64,000 nucleotides of DNA from Heterodontus francisci. Lineage: Eukaryota. The stretch is taken from the NCBI RefSeq assembly GCF_036365525.1, contig NC_090394.1:64343743-64407742 (forward strand), read 5' to 3'. The notes beneath the pieces were generated by a model. The model searched no databases and had not been told where the DNA came from. It worked only from the letters and a program-made list of their open reading frames with translations. The position numbers were made by a program, and so were the translations under genes. This document shows, one piece after another, positions 63,000 through 64,000 of the stretch. Numbering within the stretch: position 1 is the stretch's first letter; each line of letters starts with the position of its first letter.

Positions 63000-63533
63000 T
63001 ACTTGAGAAGGGATATCCTTGCATTGGATGCAGTTCAGAGAAAGTTCACTAAGCTGATTCCTGGTATGAAGGGGTTATCTTGTGAGGAAAGGTTGAGCAG
63101 GTTGGGCCTATGATCATTGGAGGTTAGAAAAATGAGAGATGATCTCATTGAAACATATAAGATTCTGAGGGGGCTTGACAGGGTAGATGCTGAGAGGATG
63201 TTTGCCCTCGTGGGGGAATGTAGAAATAGAGGACACAGTTTCAAAATAAGGGATCTCCCTTTTAAGACAGAAATGAGGAGGAATTTCTTCTCTCAGAGGA
63301 TCATTAATCTTTCGAATTCTCTTCACCAGAGAGCAGTGGCGGCTGGGTCATTGAATATATTCAAGGCTGAGTTAGACAAATTTTTGATCTACAAGGGAGT
63401 CAAGGGTTATGGGAGGGCAGACAGAAAAGTGGAGTTAAGGCCACAGTCAGATCAGCCATGATCTTATTGAATGGTGGAGCAGGCACGAGGGGCCAAATAG
63501 CCTGCTCCTGATTCTATTTCTTATGTTCTTATG
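63000..63533 (+). mobile_element. CR1 LINE 3' end
   Basis: RKMRDDLIETYKILRGLDRVDAERMF...RRNFFSQRIINLSNSL and a ttcttatgttcttatg tail. Confidence 0.9.
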
Positions 63534-64000
63534 AGCCTGCGCTGTGCTCACTCTGGCCAGTTCCACGAGCAATGGAAGGGGTCCAGAAGAGGTAAATGCT
63601 GAATTATTTTTCTGGGCCATTGAGGTGGAGGAGTGCTCAACAAAAAGGGTCCAAAGAATCCACTATCGAACTCATCAGATCAGCACAAGGAACGATGCTG
63701 GAGTTTTAGTGGAAAAAGCTTGAATTTAAAAAATGGGATTTTTAAACAATAGCAAGTGTGATATCCCCAAAGAGTTAAGGGGGGGAATTGCTATAGAGAT
63801 TACCTGATCTCTTGTTAACAGATCGATGGAAACCTGGAAGAATGGTTCAATGGCTGTTTAGACCATGTCACTGGAATGCAAGCCAATCTTGCAATAAAGG
63901 CCAACATACCATTTGCCTTACTAATTGTTTGCTGCATCTGCATGTTAGCTTTCAGTGACTCATGAACAAGGACACCCAGGTCCCTTTGGACATCAACACC

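Overview
Repeat-dominated vertebrate genomic DNA, almost certainly elasmobranch (shark-like): it carries a V-SINE (HE1-type), DeuSINEs (SacSINE1-type), CR1/L2 LINEs and Penelope-like elements. I could not recognise any host protein-coding gene; every long ORF I could identify is from a mobile element. Contents: several CR1 ORF2 relics, a Penelope-like element (RT + GIY-YIG), four short Penelope 3' tails with a degenerate minimal hammerhead ribozyme motif, two PIF/Harbinger relics with spliced Myb/SANT genes, Harbinger-type MITEs, a solo LTR and RTE 3' fragments. A Tx1/L1-clade LINE sits inside a MITE and is flanked by a 126-bp direct duplication. A 5.9-kb internally deleted provirus (52978-58919, minus strand) has a tRNA-Lys-like PBS, a coiled-coil Gag-like ORF with PSAP, foamy-like RT motifs and an Env remnant resembling pneumo/paramyxovirus F proteins, making it a lokiretrovirus-like candidate. 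Two long, diverged inverted repeats of unknown origin lie at about 4.9-7.7 kb and 26.4-27.6 kb. All alignments and identities were judged by eye, and boundaries of old elements are approximate.
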